A stretch of DNA of 64,000 nucleotides from a virus (taxonomy: Duplodnaviria > Caudoviricetes), in the IMG/VR virus record IMGVR_UViG_3300020045_008916, positions 1 through 64,000 of that record; one strand, 5' to 3'. A program made the position numbers and the translations under genes. Every line of letters begins with the position of its first letter. The first letter of the stretch is position 1. Shown here piece by piece: positions 35,820-45,321 of the stretch. Under the pieces are notes generated by a model that was not told the origin of the DNA, searched no databases, and saw only the letters and a list, made by a program, of their open reading frames with translations.

Positions 35820-36274
35820 AATTGTATGGGTTGGTAATACTCGTAATTCATCGGTAAAATCCCACTACTCTCTAGCATAGCTTCACAAGCTGACCAGTTA
35901 ACATAGTGTCTCTGAGTTTTAGGGTCAAATAATAAGGGACATCCCAAAGCAGCATCATCGATGTAAAGCTGAGCAAAGCACTTAGGACTAGTTGTCCAGT
36001 TGCACTGTGTAGGGTTACATTGAACTCCGTACAATGGAATACCATTTTCTTTGAACCAGTTTTCTGCCTCTGTTAAGAAAGCTCCTATCCTGTCTTCAAT
36101 CAAATCATCCCCTGTAGCCTTGTGGGTATCCCTATCGGAGCGCATTGTATAAAGAATTAGCTGATGACCTGCATCAACCAATCTTCTGAGAACTCTTGCT
36201 GCTCCAATATCCTCTCCTATATGGGGAAAGTTGTGTGTGGTACACGTACCATCAAAGTCGACAGCTATTACCAT
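35816..36274 (-). CDS. HAD-superfamily phosphatase (BT0820-like / PNK phosphatase-like)
   Basis: IAVDFDGTC, LILYTMR and LYIDD motifs. Confidence 0.8.
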   Translation of the reverse strand: MVIAVDFDGTCTTHNFPHIGEDIGAARVLRRLVDAGHQLILYTMRSDRDTHKATGDDLIEDRIGAFLTEAENWFKENGIPLYGVQCNPTQCNWTTSPKCFAQLYIDDAALGCPLLFDPKTQRHYVNWSACEAMLESSGILPMNYEYYQPIQL

Positions 36275-36597
36275 TAGAATAAAGAATTAGTTCTTTCTAC
36301 AATAATGTCCAGTTGGATTTCCAAATCTTTAGCTAAATCAATACTGCCTTCTAGCCGTTCTACAAAACTCTTTTCAGAGAAAGGTCTTTCTGGTGCAAGA
36401 GGCATAGGTGATGGATTTTTGTTTGGATTGTCATGTGTTTTTATTCTGTTTATAAAATAGGTCACATTATTAACGCGAGCCTCGATACGTTCTAATACTC
36501 GATTAAGTTTTTCGGATAGCTCATCTAACTCAGGACGCTGATTTGCTGTTTTTACGCAAGGTGCTCCACTATACACTACGTTGCAAGTATCGCTCAT
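36274..36597 (-). CDS. Hypothetical coiled-coil protein
   Basis: Coupled ORF. Confidence 0.5.
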   Translation of the reverse strand: MSDTCNVVYSGAPCVKTANQRPELDELSEKLNRVLERIEARVNNVTYFINRIKTHDNPNKNPSPMPLAPERPFSEKSFVERLEGSIDLAKDLEIQLDIIVERTNSLF

Positions 36598-36598
36598 C

Positions 36599-37105
36599 CT
36601 ATTTGTTTTTAGATTTCTTAGCAGCTACTTTATTGGTAGAGGCCGCAGGAGTTTGTACTGGTTCTTCTTTTTCGACTACTACAGGCTCAGCGTCAGCTGC
36701 TGGCGAGCTTATCTCTTCTGTTGTGGCCGTTACACCACTCTCTGCAATTTCTTCGCTTGTATCGCCTGCCTCAGGGTCAAATTCTTGTGGATGTAAATCT
36801 TCATCGCCTGCAAGGTTGTCATCTTCTGCTGCATCGAAAGTAATTACTTCGCCAACTTCTACACCCTCTTCAACCAATTCTGGATTTGAGTCCAAAGTTT
36901 CTTGAGTCACAATGTGCTCTACAGGGCTTTCACCTAAAATATCATTTAATACAGACTGTTGAGGCTCTTCAACCTGTCCTAGGTCGCATTGATGTTTTGC
37001 AACGTCCCAAGAGAACATCACTTCTCCACAATTATCACATTTTGTCATATCTTTGTTTTTATAATTCGTCAAATTCTTTTTGTAGTTTTTCAATATAAGC
37101 TTCAT
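36599..37105 (-). CDS. Highly acidic protein with an N-terminal CxxC...HxC knuckle (start probably MTKCDNC)
   Basis: Glu/Asp-rich low-complexity body with a basic C-terminal tail. Confidence 0.55.
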   Translation of the reverse strand: MKLILKNYKKNLTNYKNKDMTKCDNCGEVMFSWDVAKHQCDLGQVEEPQQSVLNDILGESPVEHIVTQETLDSNPELVEEGVEVGEVITFDAAEDDNLAGDEDLHPQEFDPEAGDTSEEIAESGVTATTEEISSPAADAEPVVVEKEEPVQTPAASTNKVAAKKSKNK

Positions 37106-37322
37106 CTATGGCACACAGGTCTTGGATGAACTTTTCTATTAAAGGCTTAATTTCCTTTCTCACATCTTTTAAAGAGATTGTCGTGGTTTTTAACACTTCA
37201 CCAGAGCTTTCAAGATGGATGAATTTAGTAGCATGAATAGCTCGCAAACCAAATTTCGTCTGCCTTATCCGCTGTAGCAGATTACTTCCTTTTTCAAGGC
37301 GTTCTAATTCTTGCTCTGTCAT
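37059..37322 (-). CDS. Hypothetical protein
   Basis: Coupled ORF. Confidence 0.5.
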   Translation of the reverse strand: MTEQELERLEKGSNLLQRIRQTKFGLRAIHATKFIHLESSGEVLKTTTISLKDVRKEIKPLIEKFIQDLCAIDEAYIEKLQKEFDEL

Positions 37323-37789
37323 TACTTGCTCAATCTACTGTGAAATCTCCACTTAGCTAATTTTGTTACAGGAATATCAATTCCCATTCCAGCTCCGTTT
37401 CCAATGTTTGTCACAACATCTACAGGCATTAGTCTTGCCATCTTGTCAGGAAGAGGATTTATGATAACAGCTCTTACTCTTTTATTATTAATGCGTTTTT
37501 TGATAATATCGCCTTTCAAAAGAAGCCTTCCATCTTTATCGGTAGTATTCCATTCTATCTGAGACTCTGCGGTCTGCACATAAGGGTCAACACCTGCGGA
37601 GTAGTAGGGTATTGAAGGGTTTTCTGCCGTACTCGGACGATGATGATAAACAACTACACCATTTCCCCGCAGTTTCTTTCCCAATTTGGCGTTAACCTCT
37701 ATAGCCGCCTGTTGTTCGTATTCCAATATTTTTGCTTTGCCTTCAAAAAGACTAACAATCGTCAGCCAGATAAGTTTTAAAAATTTCAT
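37322..37789 (-). CDS. Hypothetical protein
   Basis: Coupled ORF. Confidence 0.55.
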   Translation of the reverse strand: MKFLKLIWLTIVSLFEGKAKILEYEQQAAIEVNAKLGKKLRGNGVVVYHHRPSTAENPSIPYYSAGVDPYVQTAESQIEWNTTDKDGRLLLKGDIIKKRINNKRVRAVIINPLPDKMARLMPVDVVTNIGNGAGMGIDIPVTKLAKWRFHSRLSK

Positions 37790-37998
37790 ATAAGTTTTGT
37801 GTTTGTTAATTTTTCGTAAATCTCTTCCATCGACTCTTTGACCTGAATATATCTTCCTGTTTTTAAATAGATAATGGTTGATTGAAAGCTTCTTTCATTT
37901 CCACACGCTTCCATGTAATCTATGTTATCTTTAAATAGGGTTACCTTAGATGCTTCTTCATCAAATTCTCGAACTGCTGTAAAAACCGCCCCTAACAT
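37786..37998 (-). CDS. Hypothetical protein
   Basis: Coupled ORF. Confidence 0.5.
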   Translation of the reverse strand: MLGAVFTAVREFDEEASKVTLFKDNIDYMEACGNERSFQSTIIYLKTGRYIQVKESMEEIYEKLTNTKLI

Positions 37999-38243
37999 TC
38001 TTCAAACAAATTATCAGGTTCCACATTGTTTAACCAAACCTCTGCATCTAATGCCGCATTTACAGTGTTAAGGTCATAACCACCTTCTTCATAATCCGCA
38101 GATGTTGATACGCCTCGCAAGACTGCTACTTTAGCGTCAGCCATATCCCAGACATTGCGTCCCCAGAAGTCTTTCTCTGGTGTAGTCTGTCTTTCTTCCA
38201 AGATGCCTTGGACTTGATAATCGATTTCTTCCTGTGTTCTCAT
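37992..38243 (-). CDS. Hypothetical protein
   Basis: Likely start MRTQEE downstream of the promoter at 38265-38296. Confidence 0.55.
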   Translation of the reverse strand: MRTQEEIDYQVQGILEERQTTPEKDFWGRNVWDMADAKVAVLRGVSTSADYEEGGYDLNTVNAALDAEVWLNNVEPDNLFEEC

Positions 38244-38264
38244 TTTCTGTTGTTTAATGTAAGG

Positions 38265-38296
38265 CAAATATATACAAACATTTTGACTCTCACAAA
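38265..38296 (-). promoter_or_regulatory. Middle-class promoter
   Basis: AAATAAATTTG-20 nt-TATATTTG. Confidence 0.75.
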
Positions 38297-38335
38297 TTTA
38301 TTTTAAACTTTTTGTTTGGAGCATAGATAGTCATA

Positions 38336-38689
38336 TTACCATTTTACTGTTGCTAGGCCTAGGCCTACGTTAGTTATTGAATAGCCTAAAGATGTAAATT
38401 CCAAAAGAAAAATATCAAGCCCTTTGTATGGTACATTGATAACCACATCTCTAAAGCCAGACTGACAAGCCTTCTCAATTAGAGTAAAAGCTTTTTCTAC
38501 TTGAACATCAATACTCGCTTGAAAATTTTCAGCAATTTCCCTTGCCGCAGTTGCGGGTAATCTTTTTGGTTTATCACACATACAGTAGTTTAAAAAATGT
38601 CCACATAATATACACGTATTCGTAGCTAGAAATTTTTCTAAATAAACAACTGCTTCGCTATTCATCTTGTCTGGGTTTTTCTGGTACAA
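38336..38689 (-). CDS. Hypothetical protein with a CxxC...CxC motif
   Basis: CILCGHFLNYCMC. Confidence 0.5.
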   Translation of the reverse strand: MYQKNPDKMNSEAVVYLEKFLATNTCILCGHFLNYCMCDKPKRLPATAAREIAENFQASIDVQVEKAFTLIEKACQSGFRDVVINVPYKGLDIFLLEFTSLGYSITNVGLGLATVKW

Positions 38690-38951
38690 CTAAAACATGT
38701 GTAGAGCAAGCAAAAGGCCAGTCTTCATTGAAATATTTAGTTTCTCCATTGTCAAATAGCACCATAAGATTTTCAGTCTTAACACCACCTTTTAAGAGTT
38801 CTAAGCCTTCTTGACTATTTACATCAATCCACTCAGACTTAAATTGTTTAGCGTAGGCATGAGCTACGATTTCTAAAAGCTGCTCCATACTGGTAGTGTC
38901 AAACTGCCGCATGAAAGATACTTCGTTGTAGATTTCGAATACAGATTTCAT
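38658..38951 (-). CDS. Hypothetical protein
   Basis: Coupled ORF. Confidence 0.5.
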   Translation of the reverse strand: MKSVFEIYNEVSFMRQFDTTSMEQLLEIVAHAYAKQFKSEWIDVNSQEGLELLKGGVKTENLMVLFDNGETKYFNEDWPFACSTHVLVVPEKPRQDE

Positions 38952-39117
38952 AACGAAGCCCTCCTATCTACAACTCTCCCAGAACCGTTTCTGATAATGT
39001 CCACAAGACTTTTGTATGACACTGATATCCTATTCTTGCGATATTTATCTAAAGCTTCTGCATCCATTCTACGCTCTTTAAGCTGTTGTTTGGATATTGG
39101 ATTTGTTTGGTGTCTTT

Positions 39118-39450
39118 TCATATAACTTTCAACTTAGCTACATTTCTTGGTGTAGCATAAAAATGTAAATTTGGTGCCGTATTGGGATTATCAAGATATG
39201 CTAAGCTATCCTTTAAATACTCTTTTTCAGGCAAGAGTACAAACCCAAACCTATGCTGAGGTGTACAGAATATACATAAACATTTTTGACCCTTACCTAT
39301 AAAAGAAACTTTACTTACAACTTCAACCGTAGAGCCATTTAAAATCTCATTGCCAAACTTATCTTTAAGTCCTATTGGCTTTCCTATTTCAACCATTTTC
39401 GATAAAATAACCCCCGTACCGAATTGCACGAGGGGCAACAGATTAAACAA
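39118..39450 (-). CDS. YopX-like hypothetical protein
   Basis: IGLKDKFGNEILNGSTV motif. Confidence 0.5.
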   Translation of the reverse strand: MFNLLPLVQFGTGVILSKMVEIGKPIGLKDKFGNEILNGSTVEVVSKVSFIGKGQKCLCIFCTPQHRFGFVLLPEKEYLKDSLAYLDNPNTAPNLHFYATPRNVAKLKVI

Positions 39451-39492
39451 CTAATTAGAAAATTAGCTAAGAATGGCTATTTGCCAAGTATT

Positions 39493-39900
39493 TTAAATCC
39501 ATAGTGGTAGTGCATCTTTTTGAAGAGGTCTCCAATGTGAGTGCATTTTAACGGTTAACTGGGGGTCATAAGAACCCTTACCTATAAAAACACCCTTATA
39601 AAGATAAGGCTCTCCTTTGCCATTCACATTACATCTACTTAGACACTCTACCCTCACAAGGCCTTCTGGTAAGTCGTCAATAGAATGGATAGCTGTCCAG
39701 CCATTATTCTCTTCTAAGTCAGTTAAAACTTCTGGTCTCCACATCGTGAAAAGTGGTGCATTCCGTTCGATACTCCCTGTAAACACACTATTAGATGCAT
39801 CACCAGACCAAATCCAGCCATTCTCATTAATATATTTCTTTAAAGTCTCGTACAAATCCCCGTAGGCTTCTACTATTAATTCCTGTTTAGTTTTCATCAT
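39493..39900 (-). CDS. Hypothetical protein
   Basis: LEENNGWT..HS..DLP...SHWRP pattern. Confidence 0.55.
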   Translation of the reverse strand: MMKTKQELIVEAYGDLYETLKKYINENGWIWSGDASNSVFTGSIERNAPLFTMWRPEVLTDLEENNGWTAIHSIDDLPEGLVRVECLSRCNVNGKGEPYLYKGVFIGKGSYDPQLTVKMHSHWRPLQKDALPLWI

Positions 39901-40069
39901 CCAATGTGGGAAAAGGTATTTCTACCTGTGGGTTCTCTTGTCTATACTTCTCACCTAGCTGGTTCCAAAGAGCATCTGCTTCTTCAAGATATTTCTCAGT
40001 TAAGAGTTCATTTTCTAATTCTATGAGCCTTTCCATATTAAAGACATGGCCTTGGTTTATCTCACTCAT
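39887..40069 (-). CDS. Hypothetical protein
   Basis: Coupled ORF. Confidence 0.45.
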   Translation of the reverse strand: MSEINQGHVFNMERLIELENELLTEKYLEEADALWNQLGEKYRQENPQVEIPFPTLDDEN

Positions 40070-40337
40070 GCTCTGTTCTATCTAAAAGTTCCATTGCCGC
40101 AATACTGAGAGTTGCTTGCTGAAGAACTCGTTTTCTAAGTTCTACTCTTGCAGATTTTTGTGTGAAATCAATCTCAAGTATCTTATCTACTCTCTTTTGA
40201 AATACATAGCCCCAAGTTTCTTTGTTGAATGTTTCGTCAGCCGATAACGTAGCCCCACCCCAGATATACTCCTGAACATCTCGTGCAGCTATGATTGCAT
40301 TGAACACAATCTGTTCTTCTGGTGAAAGCTCTTCCAT
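40062..40337 (-). CDS. Hypothetical helical protein
   Basis: Coupled ORF. Confidence 0.5.
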   Translation of the reverse strand: MEELSPEEQIVFNAIIAARDVQEYIWGGATLSADETFNKETWGYVFQKRVDKILEIDFTQKSARVELRKRVLQQATLSIAAMELLDRTEHE

Positions 40338-40663
40338 TAGTTTACCAACTCATCAGCCCAAGAAACATGGACAACTGTCGTTTTGTCAGATGCAGCTCCA
40401 AGAGTAGTTTTTAAGGAGTTCTGAGGTAATTGTAACTCTTCTACCACAGCCTTGAGCACTTCATTGGGAACTGGATATTTACTCTCAAACTTTCCCTGAG
40501 TCGCTTCGGCCTGAGCAGCTTTTACTATTTTCATCATAGTCTGATTTCTAAGACCATTCTCATCAGCAATTGCTTGCAATACACCTTTCAATGTTTGTCT
40601 GTTAGCTGGTACGTTAGCTTCTGCTGGTTTCTCAGCCGCTACAAATGTTTCGTTATTTTCCAT
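40337..40663 (-). CDS. Hypothetical protein
   Basis: Coupled ORF. Confidence 0.5.
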   Translation of the reverse strand: MENNETFVAAEKPAEANVPANRQTLKGVLQAIADENGLRNQTMMKIVKAAQAEATQGKFESKYPVPNEVLKAVVEELQLPQNSLKTTLGAASDKTTVVHVSWADELVN

Positions 40664-40928
40664 ATTTTTGTAATTCTTGTTTTTCTTCTAGTTCGTGTAC
40701 AACTCTCATGCTGTCAAGGATATCTATCTCCCGTTCGATTTGAAACAGCCGACCTTTCTTAAAGCCCCACTGTTCTCCCTCTACCCTTCCCCTAAGATAC
40801 TCGCACCTTAGAGTATTCTCGTAACTGATGCTGCTCCACACTCCGATACTGACTACAGCACAGATTGCCAGCATTATTATAATAAGCTTCTTTGCCATTA
40901 TTTCCAGATTATTTTTAAGTTCACACAA
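40653..40928 (-). CDS. Membrane-anchored hypothetical protein
   Basis: TM helix LIIIMLAICAVVSIGVW. Confidence 0.5.
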   Translation of the reverse strand: MCELKNNLEIMAKKLIIIMLAICAVVSIGVWSSISYENTLRCEYLRGRVEGEQWGFKKGRLFQIEREIDILDSMRVVHELEEKQELQKYGK

Positions 40929-41140
40929 TCACCTACATCGGGAAGTTCTTCTATCCACAGGCCACAGTTCTCTAGGAATTTGATAACAAAATCCTTTCGG
41001 GAGATATGTATCTTACGGTAGTACATAAACTTGCCTCTTCTTGCTTCAAGTTCACACTCGTCAAGGATGTTGTTTACTATACCAACCCCACCATTTCTGT
41101 GGGTCGCTATCAGGTTGAGATATTCTTTGATGTTTTTCAT
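40898..41140 (-). CDS. Hypothetical protein
   Basis: Likely start MKNIKEY just after the promoter at 41146-41177. Confidence 0.5.
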   Translation of the reverse strand: MKNIKEYLNLIATHRNGGVGIVNNILDECELEARRGKFMYYRKIHISRKDFVIKFLENCGLWIEELPDVGDCVNLKIIWK

Positions 41141-41145
41141 TGGTG

Positions 41146-41177
41146 TAAAAGTAGTCAATAGTTTTGATGTGTGCAAA
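41146..41177 (-). promoter_or_regulatory. Middle-class promoter
   Basis: AAATAAATTTG-20 nt-TACTTTTA. Confidence 0.6.
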
Positions 41178-41240
41178 TTTATTTTGATATTTTTGCTAAA
41201 TTTGAAAAATTTGGCTAGAGAGCGGGCAAAACCTGAGGTT

Positions 41241-41741
41241 TTATTTATACTTGGTCGGGTCGATGTTTATTGTGAACTTTCCAATTTTTGTTGCATAGGC
41301 CACGCAATTTGCTGTCCCACCTTCGGTTCCATCCCAAACAGATAAAACCATGTTGCAATTATCGCACATCCACACATTACGTGCTTGCATACACCATTTT
41401 GTAAAAGGTTCTTCTGAAACATAAACAACTTTATCCGCTTTACTTGTAATTTCTTTCCATAATTTTTTGGAAGAAGCTACCCACTTTGAACTGTGGTCTT
41501 TGCAAGGTATTGCGCATATCAGTTTTATGTATGGATATTTTTCTTTTAGCTTCAAAACAGAAAGTGCTGCCCAAGTATCTATGCCTAAAGCCATGCCAGA
41601 AATAAACACATTTGCCTTATTTTCTAGTATGAGCTTTTCAATTCTTTCGTGCAAAGCCCAGAGAAGCTCTTTGTTGTCTTTAGCCTCGTAGCCGTTCAGA
41701 GACGCTGGCCTATGGCCTGTAAATGCTACTATATAGTTCAT
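41241..41741 (-). CDS. YspA/SLOG-family (DUF1273-like) protein
   Basis: VAFTGHRP, FISGMALGIDTW, ARNVWM and WDGTEGGTANCV motifs. Confidence 0.85.
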   Translation of the reverse strand: MNYIVAFTGHRPASLNGYEAKDNKELLWALHERIEKLILENKANVFISGMALGIDTWAALSVLKLKEKYPYIKLICAIPCKDHSSKWVASSKKLWKEITSKADKVVYVSEEPFTKWCMQARNVWMCDNCNMVLSVWDGTEGGTANCVAYATKIGKFTINIDPTKYK

Positions 41742-41754
41742 ACTTTCTTTTTAG

Positions 41755-41827
41755 CGCATTCTCTCGGAGTCGAACCGAGGTACATCAGAGTCTGTCAGTC
41801 TGTGCTCTACCGCTGAGCTAAGAATGC
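41755..41827 (-). tRNA. Atypical tRNA with a non-canonical anticodon loop and no encoded CCA
   Basis: Acceptor GCATTCT/AGAATGC, D-arm GCTC-AGCGGTA-GAGC, T-arm CTCGG-TTCGACT-CCGAG; anticodon arm CAGA-CTGACAGAC-TCTG. Confidence 0.8.
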
Positions 41828-41833
41828 TTCTGT

Positions 41834-42088
41834 TTAATATTTTTCTAAGACAATTACAGCTCTTTGCCAGCCTTCGTCCTCGCTGAGAACCACGGACTTT
41901 ACAATATAGCCTCCTTTAACTTGCTGAAGGATATAAGCAGCAACGTCATCTTGTATTCCCCATTTTCCGTGAAAAGCTTTTACTATTACGGAAGTAGGCC
42001 TAGCTGGTTTCATTGTACTCTCAACACCAGCGGCAATTGATACGGTCAGGAATATTCCCAACACAAAACTTAATAGTATCTTTCTCAT
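41834..42088 (-). CDS. Small secreted/membrane protein
   Basis: N-terminal signal-like helix; promoter at 42093-42124. Confidence 0.55.
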   Translation of the reverse strand: MRKILLSFVLGIFLTVSIAAGVESTMKPARPTSVIVKAFHGKWGIQDDVAAYILQQVKGGYIVKSVVLSEDEGWQRAVIVLEKY

Positions 42089-42092
42089 GATG

Positions 42093-42124
42093 CAATATTA
42101 CGTTAAATTATTTAATCCTACAAA
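42093..42124 (-). promoter_or_regulatory. Middle-class promoter
   Basis: AAATAAATTTG-20 nt-TAATATTG. Confidence 0.65.
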
Positions 42125-42130
42125 TTTATT

Positions 42131-43102
42131 TTAAAATTCTTCGTCTGTACTAAAAATCCTGTCAATCAAATCTCCAAGCCAATTACTATCCATTTTAAAA
42201 TCTGGATGTCTTTCAACATGCTCTCTTAAAACTTTAATCAAAGTTTCAAAGTAAGCAACATCAACGCCAATCAACTGTTCCTCAAGCACATCGGGATTTG
42301 TTAAATCAAGCTCAGAAGTCTGAAATAACATTTTAAGATAATCGCCAGCACTTACAGTCCATTTTCTGTTGATAAATTTCTTTGTGCGAATTACAGAAGT
42401 TAGAGGATATTTAGAACCTTGATACTTCAGCTGTTTTGTTAAGATTGAGACAAGGGCAGATGAGTTTACAACTAGACCATCATTAAAAGTAAAATAATTT
42501 GTAGCATGGATAAAGTCGAATGTACTGTGGATTTTCTCAGGAGTTCCCGTAAATCTTAGTACAATCTGAATATTATCGTGCAAGCTGATTGCATTTGGAG
42601 AGATGTAAGAAGGTTGATAAGGTTTTGGTTCTTGTGCTGGTTCTCCTTCTTTAGGAAGTGGCTGCTCAATCTTTTTACCTCCCGACTCATAAAAGAAAAT
42701 TTTAATCTGCTCTGGCTGCAAGGTTCTCAATGCAACTGTTTTCTTTGCATCGTGAGTATCAAAACTGAAAATTCCATCCTCATCTTCAGCCTCTTTAGGT
42801 TTACCTCCTGTAAGCTCTCCTCGCCAATACCCTGATATTAATCCTTGTTTTAATCTTCCATCAAATATCTCTATTCCTGAAATGCCTTTAGTGTAATAAG
42901 TAGCTAAATCTTTTGCTACTTGCTGACTCTGAATATAAACATCATAATCGTTTACCTCTTCATTTAAAAATAGAGACGTAATACTGCCACCACTTAAAAG
43001 CAAAGACTCTTTTACTTTTTCTCTGAGAGGTTTGTCTTCGATACTTTCTAGCCACGCTAAAAGTTTTTTCTTAATTACCTTTTCAATTGTTTTTATTTGC
43101 AT
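42131..43102 (-). CDS. Pol-beta superfamily nucleotidyltransferase
   Basis: LSGGSITS...NDYDVY (hGG...DxD) and FDFIHA motifs. Confidence 0.65.
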   Translation of the reverse strand: MQIKTIEKVIKKKLLAWLESIEDKPLREKVKESLLLSGGSITSLFLNEEVNDYDVYIQSQQVAKDLATYYTKGISGIEIFDGRLKQGLISGYWRGELTGGKPKEAEDEDGIFSFDTHDAKKTVALRTLQPEQIKIFFYESGGKKIEQPLPKEGEPAQEPKPYQPSYISPNAISLHDNIQIVLRFTGTPEKIHSTFDFIHATNYFTFNDGLVVNSSALVSILTKQLKYQGSKYPLTSVIRTKKFINRKWTVSAGDYLKMLFQTSELDLTNPDVLEEQLIGVDVAYFETLIKVLREHVERHPDFKMDSNWLGDLIDRIFSTDEEF

Positions 43103-44136
43103 TTTTTTTGATTTTTAATAATAAATTCTACGACCTGAAATACATCCCAGTCGGTGTCTGCTAAATCCCAGCCTGAAGGATACTGTTTTACGTGTTCAGG
43201 TTTTACCCAATACAAGGTAGTTCCCCAAGTGCCCACTAACTCCTGACGTATATGGTTAAAAGCTTTAGGACTTGGCTGCTCAATATACGGTCTAGCTTCA
43301 GTAGTAGAGGCCATAGCATCATAGTCATTATCAGGTACTAGATAAACCTCTCTCCCAATAAGTACCGACCAGTCAGCCCTAGCCACAGTTTCTGCACCTC
43401 CCTGCCAGCATATGACAACTACCTTTGCAGGGTCGAACATCTTTTGCAGAAAATCTACACACTTCTCACCCTCAACTACCAGTACCTTTGCTACAGGGTT
43501 CTCTCTCAATCGCTCAAGGCCATAAATTGGCTTACTTTCACCAAAACCTATAAACCTAGGAACGATATCTCCAACTTTGTGAAATTTTCCAGCACCTTTA
43601 CCCTCATACTCATATTCCCACCCCTCTTTTACACACGTTGCCCAGTTGAATGGGAGTATCTGCTTTTTACCGTGTTTATCGTAATACCTTAACACATATC
43701 CAACCACATCACGAAACTCGTTAAAATAGGGGTACGTATCAGCTGGTTTGCCAAATTTAGAATGTATAAACTTGATTGGGTCTATAGGTTCTTTTCTTCG
43801 GATATAAATCCACTCTGCTAAGGGTACAAGCACTCTTACGGGCTTCTTTTCAATTCCTGCAAGAGTGACACCTTCCTTCAATGCCTCTACGGTCTCTTTA
43901 AAGCTTTTACCTAAATTAGTAAGAAAACCGATAACATCTCCACCAGAACCGCAGCTGTAGCACTTATAGCTTTGCTTTCTTTCGTCAACTTTAAAAGACC
44001 CTATATTCTCATCGGGGTGAAAGCAGCATAAGCCTGTATAGTAGTTCCCAACTTTTTGTAAAGTCGTAACCTGACCGATAACATCAACTATGTTCACCTT
44101 ATCTTTTAGCTCTTCAATTTCTTCTTCAGGTATCAT
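43093..44136 (-). CDS. dnaG: DNA primase (CHC2 zinc finger plus TOPRIM)
   Basis: CCFHPD...SFKV...YKCYSCGSGGDVI, VVEGEKCVD and PDND motifs. Confidence 0.85.
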   Translation of the reverse strand: MIPEEEIEELKDKVNIVDVIGQVTTLQKVGNYYTGLCCFHPDENIGSFKVDERKQSYKCYSCGSGGDVIGFLTNLGKSFKETVEALKEGVTLAGIEKKPVRVLVPLAEWIYIRRKEPIDPIKFIHSKFGKPADTYPYFNEFRDVVGYVLRYYDKHGKKQILPFNWATCVKEGWEYEYEGKGAGKFHKVGDIVPRFIGFGESKPIYGLERLRENPVAKVLVVEGEKCVDFLQKMFDPAKVVVICWQGGAETVARADWSVLIGREVYLVPDNDYDAMASTTEARPYIEQPSPKAFNHIRQELVGTWGTTLYWVKPEHVKQYPSGWDLADTDWDVFQVVEFIIKNQKKCK

Positions 44137-44420
44137 TATAGTGAGGTTACTAGTTCTGCATACTTTAAAATAGCTCTGTCCCTGTCTCTACCTACGCTCC
44201 ATGCTGTAATCCCAAAGTTCTCTGTACTAGGATAGCTTTCACGTTCTGGCATCATTATCCCAAATACTTCTCCCTCTTGCAAAATTTTTACAAGAAACAG
44301 TTCATGCCCTACGATACTACCTTCATCATCTACCTGTTCATACAGGGCTACTTTTTCGCTCCTCACCACTTGATTGAAGGTGAAGCCTACTCTTTTTATC
44401 GTTATCTCTAGTTCTTGCAT
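44136..44420 (-). CDS. Conserved hypothetical protein
   Basis: E.YP..E.FG..AWS motif. Confidence 0.55.
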   Translation of the reverse strand: MQELEITIKRVGFTFNQVVRSEKVALYEQVDDEGSIVGHELFLVKILQEGEVFGIMMPERESYPSTENFGITAWSVGRDRDRAILKYAELVTSL

Positions 44421-44877
44421 TGTTCTGTTTTTTAAATTCCTTGTACTTTATTAAAGCTACTTTGTAGGTTATGTGGATAGCGTCAAAAACATTACCTAAA
44501 AGATAAGCATATGGTTCTTCAGAAGAAGCTGTTTTATCAATTTCCATTCCTCTAGGAAAAAGAATATCTTTAACAACGTGAAAGGCTTCGTGTACTCCTG
44601 TATTGTTTGTATATCTGTTAATGTCAAATATTACAAGGTTCCAGCTTTTACCATTTTTTAACTTAACATTCGTAACTTGGGCGCACACATTTTTACTATA
44701 AGGTAGATGATGTTTTATTTCTTTTTCCGTTGCCCCGTTGCTTTTAAGTGTTTCAGTTATTTCCTGTTTCAGATTATTTGTAAAGACTATCTGCCAATTG
44801 TGGTGATAAATACTATTGTCATAATCAGCTACATGGGTAAACAGTTTTTCTTTTATCTTAGTTTTTGAAGCGGTCAT
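44338..44877 (-). CDS. Zincin-like metallopeptidase candidate
   Basis: GVHEAFH (HExxH) plus downstream EEPYAYL. Confidence 0.55.
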   Translation of the reverse strand: MTASKTKIKEKLFTHVADYDNSIYHHNWQIVFTNNLKQEITETLKSNGATEKEIKHHLPYSKNVCAQVTNVKLKNGKSWNLVIFDINRYTNNTGVHEAFHVVKDILFPRGMEIDKTASSEEPYAYLLGNVFDAIHITYKVALIKYKEFKKQNNARTRDNDKKSRLHLQSSGEERKSSPV

Positions 44878-45205
44878 ATTTACTTTTATCTAATGTCATG
44901 TGTCTGTCTGTGCTGCTATTGAGCCAAGCTGTTTTTACTGTTCCGTTAGCTAGTATGGCCATTATCAAATCGAATTTGCTACAGTGCGGTATTCTTACAA
45001 GAACTTTGCTGGTTGTCAGATTATCTTGAGTTTCCACTTCAATGATATTCCACTTGCTAACAACTATTGAGCTGGGAAGTTTAATTCTCCCATAACGGTC
45101 AATCGTAGCTTCAGAAACTGCATGAGAGCTATACGTTAGTTCAAAGAGCTTGTTGATGGGCAAATCCAAACTTTTTGGAAAGCCTAATTGTTTATGATAA
45201 AGCAT
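44858..45205 (-). CDS. RelE/DUF4258-like ribonuclease-fold protein candidate
   Basis: YSSHA...VKTAWLN...D.H.TL pattern. Confidence 0.4.
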   Translation of the reverse strand: MLYHKQLGFPKSLDLPINKLFELTYSSHAVSEATIDRYGRIKLPSSIVVSKWNIIEVETQDNLTTSKVLVRIPHCSKFDLIMAILANGTVKTAWLNSSTDRHMTLDKSKYDRFKN

Positions 45206-45321
45206 TGTCAGCTAACATATTAATTAATAGTAAAAGCCATTCGCATCCCGTAACAGCACAATATCTGGACTGCATCAAGTATAGCTGCACTCCTGTGCCT
45301 AGGTTGAGTATTTTCATGTTA

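Noticed and set aside
40559-40566. Other CTGATGA(G) hits (also at 76, 7429, about 54650 and about 63100) as hammerheads
   Set aside because: They lie inside ORFs (Ala/Pro-Asp-Glu codons) and lack flanking stems and a correctly placed GAAA
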